DNA from: a virus
Direction: 5' to 3' (one strand)
Virus record (IMG/VR): IMGVR_UViG_3300032163_000001
Span: 110,249 to 174,248 of that record
DNA length: 64,000 nt
In this document: positions 27,688-36,671 of the stretch, piece by piece
Layout: each line of letters begins with the position of its first letter
Numbering within the stretch: position 1 is the first letter of the stretch
Made by a program: the position numbers and the translations under genes
The notes under the pieces: generated by a model
Seen by the model: only the letters and a program-made list of their open reading frames with translations
Database searches by the model: none
What the model was told of the DNA's origin: nothing

Positions 27688-28104
27688 CTATTTTATGATA
27701 TGATCAAATAATGCTTTGGCAAGAAGGAAGAAGCCTGAACTACCAATTGATACTATTACTGCATATACAACTAGTTTTCCCTTCATATTACTCACTTCTT
27801 TTCCAAGACTTACAATAGTAGGTTCAACTAGAGAAAGTCTTACATTGTTCAATTCAATTTGCTTCTCCTGAACTCCTACATCAAACTTCAATGGTTCAAG
27901 ATCTAAATGCAATTTTTCAATCACTTCTTTGAGTTCTTCAAATCTTCGTTCTTCCTCTATATTGGATTTGGCTAACTCTGCTAGAATCTGGACATGTGAT
28001 AAATCATTTTGATCCAAGCGGGCATCTACTCTACCAACCCATCTTTCCAGAGAACCGTTTTCAAGTATAATTGTATCTGGATTTATCTTCTTCCTTGCAG
28101 TCAT
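27688..28104 (-). CDS. Hypothetical protein with C-terminal TM segment
   Basis: 138-aa ORF. Confidence 0.4.
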   Translation of the reverse strand: MTARKKINPDTIILENGSLERWVGRVDARLDQNDLSHVQILAELAKSNIEEERRFEELKEVIEKLHLDLEPLKFDVGVQEKQIELNNVRLSLVEPTIVSLGKEVSNMKGKLVVYAVIVSIGSSGFFLLAKALFDHIIK

Positions 28105-28122
28105 ATTTTCCTCTCTCTTTAA

Positions 28123-28437
28123 TTATTCGTTTAATGAAGAAACTCTATCAGAAGAAACTAAATCATAAAGGTCAGAAAGTTTATTTCCAGGAAGATCTTT
28201 ATTAAATTGTTTAGAATAGCTTCTTAAGTTGCCTTCTAGAATTTTTAGTTTTTCAAGGAAGTGATAAATATTTTCTAGTAGTTTTACTTCGATAGGATCT
28301 GGGTCTAGTTTATTTTCTAGATCATCTGTCAACTTTAATAAATATTCAAAACTAGATTTAGACCCTTCCGATACTAAAGATTCTAAAAATAATTGAGCTG
28401 TTCTTCCTGGATTTATTGCCACTTTATTTTCCTCCAT
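28123..28437 (-). CDS. Hypothetical protein
   Basis: 104-aa ORF. Confidence 0.4.
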   Translation of the reverse strand: MEENKVAINPGRTAQLFLESLVSEGSKSSFEYLLKLTDDLENKLDPDPIEVKLLENIYHFLEKLKILEGNLRSYSKQFNKDLPGNKLSDLYDLVSSDRVSSLNE

Positions 28438-28460
28438 ATTTTATAGAACTAGTAACTATT

Positions 28461-30566
28461 CTACCATTCTACTAAAACTAAACCCGAACCTCCTGATGCG
28501 CCTTCACCGTGGGTATGCCCAGCCAGACATCCGCCACCCCCTCCACCACCTGCTCCACTATTTGCGGCAGCTGACTCACCATCGTCTCCATTACCATTAG
28601 AAGACGATGCACCATCACCGCCGGCTCCTCCATTTCCATATAAACCTCCACCACCACCACCACCACCAAAACCATAACTCAGAAAGTTTAATCCACCTCC
28701 ACCGCCAAATCCTATAGTAGATAATGGAGAAGGAAACGGACCTCCGTCACCAGCGGATCCTGTAGGATACCCACTATTACTACCCGCACCTCCACCACTT
28801 CCACCAATTAAAAACACAGTAAAAGCACCAGACTGTCCAGATCCATTGGGATATTGTCCTCCAGAACCAGCTAAATATTGGGGCCCGCCGCCGTTTCCAC
28901 CGTTACCGCTTTCATAAAGTGAACCTTCATGACCTGCTTTTCCTCCATCTGCTATAACAAAGCTGCCAAAAGATGACAGTGATCCAATAGTTTCTTCTGC
29001 ACCTCCAGTTCCAACGATTACAGAAATTTCACTACCTGGAGTTACGTGGACAGGATACCTATACACTACAGCTCCTGATCCTCCGGCACCGCCACCGGAA
29101 TTACCTGGCGGAGCGCCAGCCCCACCGGGTCCACCTCCACCTCCACCACCTAAACAAGTTACATTAACTAGTGATATATTATTTGGAACAGTAAAAGTGC
29201 CACTTACTGTAAATAATTGAGATTGGTTAGACACAGCGTTTCCTCCTGATCTCGAAATTTCATACCAAACACCATTGTAATTTACTAAAGTCAAAGTACT
29301 TCCTGTAACTGCCGTAAAATTTACACCTCCAGAAAGAACTATCAAACTTGGATTATGAACTAAAGTAGTATTACTATTTCCAAAATACAGTGTAATCATT
29401 ATTCCTGAATTGTTTCCTGAAGGAGCACCTGTAAAATTAATTATATTAGTAGACACTGTATTTTGTACTGCAAGAACCCCACAAACGTGACTACCTGATG
29501 ATAAAATGTTCGGAGTAGAAGAATTATCATTAACAATTTTAACAAGGTTTGTATATCCCATAGATAAGTCAAGAGTAGATATCGCTATTCGTAAACTATC
29601 AGAATTATTAATACTCCTAGTAGATGTATAAGAAGGTAGTAAATTTCCTCTAGCTGATTTGCCTATAAAATTTCTCAAATAATCTGTCTCTTGATCTAAT
29701 GCACTAGCAGCAGCAGTCAGACTTATTCCTTGAGTTGCTATTGTAGTAATACTAGTATAATTAGGATCTATATCAGATGCACCAACTGATCCTACATAAG
29801 TTCTTAGTTTAGTTAACTGATCTTCTAAATCTAGACTAAGTATTCCAATACCATCATGATTTAGAACTGGGTGAGAATACATATCATTTGCTAACTGTGT
29901 TAAATCTAATGAACTTCCTCCACCACCTCCACCAAAAGGTTGCCAACCACTAGAAGATCCATAATATACATCATCACTACTTCTAACAATAATAACTCTT
30001 GCGTAATCTCTAAGGAGATCAAATGTTGGTATGTTATCTTCTAAACCAAGGTATAGTTTTGAATAAATTCTTTTAACTGTAGGATTCTCAGGGTCTAAGT
30101 CACTTATAGAAACAGTTGAAAATTGTTCTCCTGGCAAGTTTACAAGAATAGCTTTTAGAAAAACATAAAGACCAGTTGCAAAAGGATTTCTTTGAGAAGG
30201 TTTTAGTATTCTAATTGAAGGCCTTGGTGCTGGTCTAGCCTTTTCATAAACATAATGCATTACTATATAATAGTATCCTGGTTCGTTCCAATATCCCCCA
30301 ACTCCAGGAGAAATATAGTAATCTCCATCTGCCATATCTACTGTACACTCTGATATGGTAATAAAAACGTCATCTTTGAAGAAAGAACCTGATGAGATAA
30401 GTATTTCACTTGTGGAGTCAGGAACTAAACTTACGTCAATTTTATCAGCAGAAAAGATACAATTCTCATAGTTGGAAACTAACCTTGTTAGTCTATTAAC
30501 TACGTTACTGTGGTAACTATCAAAGGGAGAAACTGTACAAGTATGAACAGGATATGGATTTCCCAT
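28461..30566 (-). CDS. Glycine-rich tail fibre protein
   Basis: 701 aa. C-terminal half dominated by GGGGGG/GNGG tracts typical of phage Gly-rich fibre proteins. Confidence 0.5.
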   Translation of the reverse strand: MGNPYPVHTCTVSPFDSYHSNVVNRLTRLVSNYENCIFSADKIDVSLVPDSTSEILISSGSFFKDDVFITISECTVDMADGDYYISPGVGGYWNEPGYYYIVMHYVYEKARPAPRPSIRILKPSQRNPFATGLYVFLKAILVNLPGEQFSTVSISDLDPENPTVKRIYSKLYLGLEDNIPTFDLLRDYARVIIVRSSDDVYYGSSSGWQPFGGGGGGSSLDLTQLANDMYSHPVLNHDGIGILSLDLEDQLTKLRTYVGSVGASDIDPNYTSITTIATQGISLTAAASALDQETDYLRNFIGKSARGNLLPSYTSTRSINNSDSLRIAISTLDLSMGYTNLVKIVNDNSSTPNILSSGSHVCGVLAVQNTVSTNIINFTGAPSGNNSGIMITLYFGNSNTTLVHNPSLIVLSGGVNFTAVTGSTLTLVNYNGVWYEISRSGGNAVSNQSQLFTVSGTFTVPNNISLVNVTCLGGGGGGGPGGAGAPPGNSGGGAGGSGAVVYRYPVHVTPGSEISVIVGTGGAEETIGSLSSFGSFVIADGGKAGHEGSLYESGNGGNGGGPQYLAGSGGQYPNGSGQSGAFTVFLIGGSGGGAGSNSGYPTGSAGDGGPFPSPLSTIGFGGGGGLNFLSYGFGGGGGGGGLYGNGGAGGDGASSSNGNGDDGESAAANSGAGGGGGGGCLAGHTHGEGASGGSGLVLVEW

Positions 30567-30685
30567 TTAACAAAGATCTCCTTTACTAAAAGATTTTTCC
30601 AAGAAACCAAACCATTTTGTTTTTGTTCTAGTCTAATTCTTAAAAAGTTGCGAAAGTTTCTTTTTTAAGAAAGAGTCTTGATTAC

Positions 30686-30718
30686 TATATATATTAATTC
30701 TTGGAAAGGAGGAACACC
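30686..30718 (+). promoter_or_regulatory. Conserved bipartite motif copy 3: TATATATATTAATT-N5-GAAAGGAGGAACACC, placed 55 nt before the MVP-like gene's own SD
   Basis: See copy 1. No ORF follows the internal GGAGG here, so GGAGG is part of the element rather than an SD. Confidence 0.5.
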
Positions 30719-30773
30719 GTATTACTAATTTTTTTACACTCTAAAACTAAACTAAAAGAAGGAGGAAAAAACT

Positions 30774-33245
30774 ATGGCGGCTCCACAAGAAAGTAATGTA
30801 GTATTATCACCAAATGAGTTTGTATTTGTTCAAGACTCTACGAAAGGAGAGATTAAGTGTTTAGCAGGACCTTACAAAACAGGTCTTACTGGTGAAGATT
30901 TTCCAGTCATATTTAATAAAGATTCAAAAAAGTTTGAAAAAGTAGATCTTTACAAAGCTACTCAACTTTTTGCTATTGCACCTGAAGGTTGGTATATTAT
31001 TTTGAAAAATCCAGCTGGACAATACCCTGATCCAGGAAAAGCAAATATCCCTATTCCACTTAATATGGGCAGAAAAATTAACATTCCAGGTCCAGTTAGT
31101 TTTGCTTTATGGCCTGGTCAAATGAAAAAAGTAGTCCAGGGCCATCACCTTCGATCAAATCAATATTTATTAGTTCGAGTTTATGATGAAGGTGAAGCTA
31201 TAAAGAACTTAGATAAAGCAATTATCAAACGAGTAGAAACTGAACCACCAGAGAAAAAAGAAGCTCCTCAAGAATCTAAAGTAGAGAAAAAAGAAGAAAT
31301 CAAAAAATCTGAGTTTGCTGTATCAGATTTAACAATGGGAAAACTTCTAATTATTAAAGGAACAGATGTAGCATTCTATATTCCTCCAACTGGTATTGAA
31401 GTAGTAGCTCCAGAAGATAATAAATATGTTAGAGAAGCAGTAACTTTAGAAACTTTAGAATACTGTATTCTTCTAAATGAAAATGGCAATAAAAGATATA
31501 TCAAAGGTCCAGCTGTAGTTTTTCCAGAACCAACTGAAACTTTCATTCAATCTAATGGAAAGAAAGTATTTAAAGCATATGAACTCAACGAAATATCTGG
31601 TCTTTATCTTAAAGTCATCTCAGCATATAGTGAAGATGATAAAGAATATGAAGTAGGACAAGAATTATTTATCACTGGTGCAGAACAAGCGATTTATTAT
31701 CCAAGACCAGAACATGCGATTATAAAATATGGAGATCAAGAAATCCATCATGGAATTGCTATCCCAGCTGGTGAAGGTAGGTACGTCCTCGATAGACTTA
31801 GTGGGTCAATTTTATTAAAGAAAGGTCCATGTGTTTTTTTACCAGATCCGAGACACCAAGTAATTGTTAGAAGAATTTTAGATTTAAGTACAGTTGATCT
31901 ATGGTATCCGGGGAACCTAGAAGCTAGAGAGTATAACTCTTTTTTATTGAACATGCTGCAAGAAACTAGGGGTTTTGCGCCAAAAGAGGGAGTTAATTAT
32001 ATAGACCAACAAATGTATTCTTCTAGAGTAGCACCTCAAGCAAAAGGTTTTGTGGCTGACGAAGTCAAACGAAAAAATGTATACACACCCCCTCGAACAA
32101 TCACTTTAGATACTAAATATGAAGGAGTTCCAATCATCAAAGTTTGGACCGGTTATGCTGTATTAATAACTAGTAAAACTGGAAAAAGAGAAATGGCTAT
32201 TGGACCAACTCCGGTTTTACTACAATATGATGAAACTTTAGAATTTATGGAACTTTCTACAGGAACTCCAAAAAGTGATACTAACTTACATAAGACTGTT
32301 TACCTTAGAGTGTTAAACAATAAAGTTTCAGACATAGTCAAAGCTGAAACTAAAGATCTTTGTCCCATTAGTATACAAGTTTCATATCGAGTGAATTTTG
32401 AAGGAGAAACTAGTAATTGGTTTAACGTTGAAAACTATGTAAAGTTCTTAACAGATCATTTAAGGTCTTTAATTAGAAGTAATATTAAACAATATGGAAT
32501 TGAAGAGTTCTACTCAAATTCAATTTCTATTGTTAGAGATTGTGTTTTGGGAAAGTCAGATGGAGAAAAGAGACCAGGAAGAGCATTTGATGAAAATGGG
32601 ATGAGAGTTTATGAGTGTGAAGTTTTAAACGTTGAAATTAGTAATGATACTGTTAAAAGGATGTTAACTGATGCTCAAACTGTATCTGTACAAAACACAA
32701 TTAACTTAGCAAAGAGCAGAAGTAATCTATCATTTACGACAGAAAATGAAGATATCAAAAGAAAAATTGAAGGAGAAGTACATAAAAGTTTTATTAGTTC
32801 CTCAGATATAAAGATTGATTCAACAAAGAGGATACTAATAGAAAATTTAGAAAAGATTAAATCATCATATAAAGAAACGATTGAAAATATTAACTACTCT
32901 TTAGAAAAAGTCAAATTAACGGAAGGTGTTACAACTCAAGAGGTTTCCAATCTTAAAATTCGATCCGACTATGATTATAAAGTCAATCAACAAGACCAAA
33001 TCTTAGGACTAGAAAAACTTAAAGCAGAAAACGAAGCTGAAATTAAGAAAGTTGAAGCCGTCTCAAAAGATTTAATTGCAGCTCTGCAGTCTTTTGGTGA
33101 TCAGATTGCTCTAGAGAAAGTTACTCAATCACTAGCTCCTCTGGCTTTACTTGGTGGAGGTTCAATAGCTGACGTAGTTAATAAACTACTAAAAGGAACA
33201 GTTCTTGAAGGGATTTTGGCTAAAAAAGTTAAAGAAGTAACGTAG
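30774..33245 (+). CDS. Major vault protein (MVP) homologue: N-terminal MVP-repeat domains, SPFH/band-7 shoulder, C-terminal cap-helix-like coiled coil
   Basis: Repeats such as LYLKVISAYSEDDKEYEVGQELFITGAEQAIYYPRPEHAII resemble human MVP [41 protein letters not shown]. Shoulder MAIGPTPVLLQYDETLEFMELSTGTPK ... ISIQVSYRVNFE ... FNVENYVKFLTDHLRSLIRSNIKQYGIEEFYSNSISIVRDCVLG resembles MVP [27 protein letters not shown] ... LQLQLAYNWHFE ... [44 protein letters not shown]. C-terminal ALQSFGDQIALEKVTQSLAPLALLGGGS resembles MVP [28 protein letters not shown]. Length 823 aa versus 893 for human MVP. Confidence 0.7.
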   Translation: MAAPQESNVVLSPNEFVFVQDSTKGEIKCLAGPYKTGLTGEDFPVIFNKDSKKFEKVDLYKATQLFAIAPEGWYIILKNPAGQYPDPGKANIPIPLNMGRKINIPGPVSFALWPGQMKKVVQGHHLRSNQYLLVRVYDEGEAIKNLDKAIIKRVETEPPEKKEAPQESKVEKKEEIKKSEFAVSDLTMGKLLIIKGTDVAFYIPPTGIEVVAPEDNKYVREAVTLETLEYCILLNENGNKRYIKGPAVVFPEPTETFIQSNGKKVFKAYELNEISGLYLKVISAYSEDDKEYEVGQELFITGAEQAIYYPRPEHAIIKYGDQEIHHGIAIPAGEGRYVLDRLSGSILLKKGPCVFLPDPRHQVIVRRILDLSTVDLWYPGNLEAREYNSFLLNMLQETRGFAPKEGVNYIDQQMYSSRVAPQAKGFVADEVKRKNVYTPPRTITLDTKYEGVPIIKVWTGYAVLITSKTGKREMAIGPTPVLLQYDETLEFMELSTGTPKSDTNLHKTVYLRVLNNKVSDIVKAETKDLCPISIQVSYRVNFEGETSNWFNVENYVKFLTDHLRSLIRSNIKQYGIEEFYSNSISIVRDCVLGKSDGEKRPGRAFDENGMRVYECEVLNVEISNDTVKRMLTDAQTVSVQNTINLAKSRSNLSFTTENEDIKRKIEGEVHKSFISSSDIKIDSTKRILIENLEKIKSSYKETIENINYSLEKVKLTEGVTTQEVSNLKIRSDYDYKVNQQDQILGLEKLKAENEAEIKKVEAVSKDLIAALQSFGDQIALEKVTQSLAPLALLGGGSIADVVNKLLKGTVLEGILAKKVKEVT

Positions 33246-33253
33246 TAAAAGAA

Positions 33254-33289
33254 TAGGGAGTAAAGGATTAATGTTTCTTTACTCCCTAT
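33254..33289 (+). promoter_or_regulatory. Perfect 11-bp hairpin (AGGGAGTAAAG-loop-CTTTACTCCCT) between the MVP-like and kinase-like genes, sequestering the upstream ATG 33271
   Basis: Read directly. No T-run, so more likely an attenuator/processing structure than a terminator. Confidence 0.35.
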
Positions 33290-33306
33290 TAGAGGGAGGG
33301 GGGCGT

Positions 33307-34074
33307 ATGAATTTAAAAACTTTTTTAGATAGATTCTTTAATAGGTTTAGATTATTTCAGTCTGAAAAACTTTCTCTAAAAACTCTTGTATCAGAATACA
33401 AAAAAGTCGTACATTACATTTTTCTGATACAAGAGAAAGATAAAAAAAGGATTTCAGAACATTTACATGAATGTTTATCAAATTTATCTACTCTCAGATT
33501 TTATACAGATATACTGGAGGGAAACAAATTAAGCAAAGAAACAGATTTTGCAGTAATAGTTGAACTAATAGATTCAACTATCAAACGTATAAACACTCTC
33601 ATTAGTATTACCAGACCAATTGTTATAGATCAGCTCGATATTGGTAGATCAATACATTTTCTTTGTAGGCATTTCGAGAGAAAAGGAAATGTTCAAATTA
33701 AGATGATATCACAAAATAATAAAGAAATTTTCATTACTGACAAAGTTCTAAAGATATCTATATATAGAGTTGTACAAACGTGTATATGGAAATCTATCAA
33801 AGTTTTTGGAGCTACTGTTATTTATGTTAGTTTAGAAAATTCACTCAAAATAACTGTAGAAGATAATGGAAAAGAAGAACCAGTAAATAAAGAATTTTAC
33901 AAAACTTTAAATTTATGGATAAACGAGTTAGTAAAACTTACACGAGGGTCAATCAAAGAAGAACGAACCAAACAAGGTACAAATAAAACAATTATCATAT
34001 GGAATATGGAGAAAATAAAAAGTGAGATAAACCAGTTAATAAAAAAGGAGGAAAACTATAATGAAAACAAATAA
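33307..34074 (+). CDS. Soluble HisKA_3-type histidine-kinase core (DesK/LiaS-like H-box + GHKL ATPase), no sensor/TM domain (start set at ATG 33307 after GGGAGGGGGG)
   Basis: H-box KKRISEHLHECLSNLSTLRF resembles DesK RERIARDLHDTLGQKLSLI. G1 box ITVEDNGKEE (D-x-G). 256 aa. Confidence 0.5.
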   Translation: MNLKTFLDRFFNRFRLFQSEKLSLKTLVSEYKKVVHYIFLIQEKDKKRISEHLHECLSNLSTLRFYTDILEGNKLSKETDFAVIVELIDSTIKRINTLISITRPIVIDQLDIGRSIHFLCRHFERKGNVQIKMISQNNKEIFITDKVLKISIYRVVQTCIWKSIKVFGATVIYVSLENSLKITVEDNGKEEPVNKEFYKTLNLWINELVKLTRGSIKEERTKQGTNKTIIIWNMEKIKSEINQLIKKEENYNENK

Positions 34075-34345
34075 GAAAAAAATGATGGCGATGTTGACAG
34101 AATTTAGTGTATCAACACCTCAGGCAAAGAATGTATTCCTAGTTGGAGATTTTAATCAATGGAATCCAAGTACACATCCATTGAAACAGAAGAAGGGAGG
34201 AATATGGAAGATTACTCTTGCTTTAGATCCAGGGAAACATGAGTATCGATTTCTCATAGATGGACAATGGATAAACGATGTACATTGTTCTTCTTTTGTT
34301 GAGAATCCATTTGGTACAAAGAACTGTTTAAGAATTGTGAGATAG
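34061..34345 (+). CDS. Stand-alone CBM48 / AMPK-beta glycogen-binding-domain protein
   Basis: NVFLVGDFNQWNPSTHPL...GGIWKITLALDPGKHEYRFLIDGQWINDV matches the CBM48 signature (V.L.GSFN.W......L......W.....L..G.H.YKF.VDG.W..D). SD AAGGAGGA. Confidence 0.65.
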   Translation: MKTNKKKMMAMLTEFSVSTPQAKNVFLVGDFNQWNPSTHPLKQKKGGIWKITLALDPGKHEYRFLIDGQWINDVHCSSFVENPFGTKNCLRIVR

Positions 34346-34389
34346 TTCTTCAATCGAAGATAAGGAAAGGAAGGTGAAACCAAAAAATT

Positions 34390-34417
34390 AAGGGGTGACT
34401 TTCAATAGTCACCCCTT
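34390..34417. terminator. Bidirectional terminator (AAGGGGTGACT-ttcaat-AGTCACCCCTT) closing the MVP cassette and the convergent gene
   Basis: Perfect 11-bp stem, A-run upstream and T-rich downstream. Confidence 0.6.
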
Positions 34418-34481
34418 AGTAACATAAATGTAACTGTAATTAGTAATTAATTTGTATTTTGTATTTGTTCATCTTATTTAG

Positions 34482-35186
34482 TTAAATTAGTTTTCTATGT
34501 TCTAAATAAGTTTTTACATCTTCAACAGTAGGATCAATTTTGTTTATTTCTATTATTATCCAACCATCTCTCTCAATCTTATGGTTCCTATGAATATCAG
34601 GCATACCATGGTTATGCCAAAACGTTTTTGGGAATTCTAAATCTATTTTCTTAAGAGGAATGCAAATATCTGTAACAATTCGATAGTCTAGAGACCCGGA
34701 TAGAGAAACTTTATCAATCATATAATTGTTAATAACAGTATCAGTTGGAAATAGATTTCTTAGAAATTCTAGAATTTGAAGCTTTCTTGGATGAATCTTT
34801 GGAGCATGTGGAAAGAGATTATTAGTTTTTTGAATTTTAACCTGTTTTACAACTACATTAGCTTTCTTTTCGAGCTTGGTAAGTTCAGGTTTTTTCTCTA
34901 CAACTTCTCTTTCTATATCTAAAACGTCAGTTTGTGTTAAAGTTAGTTTAGTTAAATCAATATCTTCTACAATTGGATTTTCCTCTGTTTTAGAAAATAA
35001 GTTACCCTTCAAATATCTTTGTCTAGCTTTGTATTCTACACTAGTTATCGGACAATCTGGAAATCTCTCTCTATAAATTGATAAAGAAATTCCATGTTTA
35101 TTTTTCAAGTGCGATGGAGTTATAATAGGGAATTCTTCACCACATATCTGACAAACAACTTTTCCCTTATCTGTCACTTTTTCCAT
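34482..35186 (-). CDS. Ros/MucR-type zinc-finger protein with C-terminal nuclease-like domain (homing-endonuclease-like)
   Basis: VCQICGEEFPIITPSHLKNKHGISLSIYRERF resembles the MucR C.ECGK.FK.LKRHL..HH..SPE.YREKW motif. C-terminal DGWIIIEINKIDPTVEDVKTYLEHRKLI resembles DUF559/Vsr-like HE tails. Confidence 0.45.
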   Translation of the reverse strand: MEKVTDKGKVVCQICGEEFPIITPSHLKNKHGISLSIYRERFPDCPITSVEYKARQRYLKGNLFSKTEENPIVEDIDLTKLTLTQTDVLDIEREVVEKKPELTKLEKKANVVVKQVKIQKTNNLFPHAPKIHPRKLQILEFLRNLFPTDTVINNYMIDKVSLSGSLDYRIVTDICIPLKKIDLEFPKTFWHNHGMPDIHRNHKIERDGWIIIEINKIDPTVEDVKTYLEHRKLI

Positions 35187-35242
35187 TTTCTCTTTACTCC
35201 TTTATTATTAATTTAAGTTTTGTTCAGAAGAAAGGAGAAGAA

Positions 35243-35623
35243 ATGTATCATTATTTAATTACAGTAGGTATTCAAGAAATAGATTCGTCTCTTGCAGGAA
35301 AAATGTATTTAGATAACTTTTTATCATATGATGACAAAGCAAGAAAAAATGTGGAGTCTTGTCAAAAGTTGTCACAAGATCATCTGTTTAAAACCACTCC
35401 AGAACAGTCTGCTGAAATATTTGACTGTAGTAGATTATTAAATGACTTACAAATGATACTAATAAGATGTAAAGTTCAAAACACAATTTTACTACACTAT
35501 ATATCTGAAGATCAATTAGATAAATGCTTTTTCGAAGAATGGGTAATGGTGAACTCTTTAGAAGAACTTAAAAAAGCTCAAGTGGGGAAAGGAGAGGTTC
35601 TCAAAGATGGACATAATTTATAG
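35243..35623 (+). CDS. Hypothetical protein
   Basis: SD AAAGGAGAAGAAATG. 126 aa. Confidence 0.4.
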   Translation: MYHYLITVGIQEIDSSLAGKMYLDNFLSYDDKARKNVESCQKLSQDHLFKTTPEQSAEIFDCSRLLNDLQMILIRCKVQNTILLHYISEDQLDKCFFEEWVMVNSLEELKKAQVGKGEVLKDGHNL

Positions 35624-36017
35624 TTGGCAAGAGTTCGAAAACGACTGTTACGATATCCTAAGACTTTTGTCTAAACTAAAAGAAGTCAAGAACATTTTTG
35701 GAATTCCCAGAGGAGGATTGATACTAGCTGTTAGACTTTCACATTTACTATCAAAACCAGATCACAAAGTACCGTTAATTTTGAGAGATGAAGAAATAGA
35801 ACCAGAAACTCTTATAGTCGACGACATTTCAGACTCAGGAAAAACTTTACTAGAATACTGCTCTTACTACCAAACCAGTTTATCTATTACATTATGGATA
35901 TGTAACGAAACAAAATTTACACCATCGTTCTTTTTAAATACAAAAAACAAGGGTGATTGGATAGTATTTCCATGGGAACAAAACTACCGGGGAACTGCTG
36001 TTGATCCTGAATTGTAA
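35607..36017 (+). CDS. gpt: Xanthine-guanine phosphoribosyltransferase-like (Gpt, type I PRTase)
   Basis: FGIPRGGLILA and PRPP-binding LIVDDISDSGKTL. C-terminal DWIVFPWEQ resembles E. coli Gpt TWIEQPWD. 136 aa. Confidence 0.65.
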   Translation: MDIIYSWQEFENDCYDILRLLSKLKEVKNIFGIPRGGLILAVRLSHLLSKPDHKVPLILRDEEIEPETLIVDDISDSGKTLLEYCSYYQTSLSITLWICNETKFTPSFFLNTKNKGDWIVFPWEQNYRGTAVDPEL

Positions 36018-36067
36018 ACTTTCTCCTAATATTGAACAAATAACCATTATTCTTATGTTGTCTACTA

Positions 36068-36100
36068 CATATATTAATTATTTGAAAGGAGGTGAAAGTA
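36068..36100 (+). promoter_or_regulatory. Conserved bipartite motif copy 4: TACATATATTAATT-N6-GAAAGGAGGTGAAAGT
   Basis: See copy 1. Confidence 0.5.
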
Positions 36101-36131
36101 GTTTTTGAATCCAATTTTTAAGGAGGAGAAA

Positions 36132-36671
36132 ATGAAACATCTTGGTCATATTATTGTTCAAATCTTTAAAGTGGCTGTAGCATTGTTCCTAATCTTGGCG
36201 ATATTTTCTGTGGTCCATGATTATCTAAACTTTTGTGTTCCTGTTCAATTTCAAGACGAACTAGAGAATACTAAAGTTCTTTTAACAAAGATGAAAGTGG
36301 ATCCAAAGAAACTTAATGAGTTTTCAATAGCTGTAAAAACAGCAAGTCGTCTAACTGGATTTGCAGAAGAACTTCTAATAGCTCTGGTCTATACGGAATC
36401 GAGATGGATAACAACCGCTTGTTCTCCTAAGGGCTATAAAGGATTAGCACAAATTCCATATGATTTATGGGATCCTGATATTAATGTTTTGACTGGAGCT
36501 AAAGAACTAGCGAAAAAACTGATTCAATCAAAAGGTGATCTAAAACAAGCTCTAATGCGATACAAAGGTTATAAAGATTTAGACTGTAAGGAGGGAAAAG
36601 AAGATGCAGAAAGAGTTATTAGAATCGCAAGAGATCTTAGAAATTCGAAAGTCCGCGGCGGAGAAATCTGA
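36132..36671 (+). CDS. Lytic transglycosylase (SLT-domain) with N-terminal TM anchor; endolysin or virion-associated lysin candidate (start set to ATG 36132)
   Basis: ALVYTESRWITTACSPKGYKGLAQIP matches the SLT E.S....A.S..GA.GLMQI motif. N-terminal hydrophobic IFKVAVALFLILAIFSVV. SD AAGGAGGAG. Confidence 0.65.
   Translation: MKHLGHIIVQIFKVAVALFLILAIFSVVHDYLNFCVPVQFQDELENTKVLLTKMKVDPKKLNEFSIAVKTASRLTGFAEELLIALVYTESRWITTACSPKGYKGLAQIPYDLWDPDINVLTGAKELAKKLIQSKGDLKQALMRYKGYKDLDCKEGKEDAERVIRIARDLRNSKVRGGEI

Noticed and set aside
28478-28675. ORF encoding poly-Val/Met inside the glycine-rich fibre gene
   Set aside because: It is the mirror frame of GGN repeats and is not independent.
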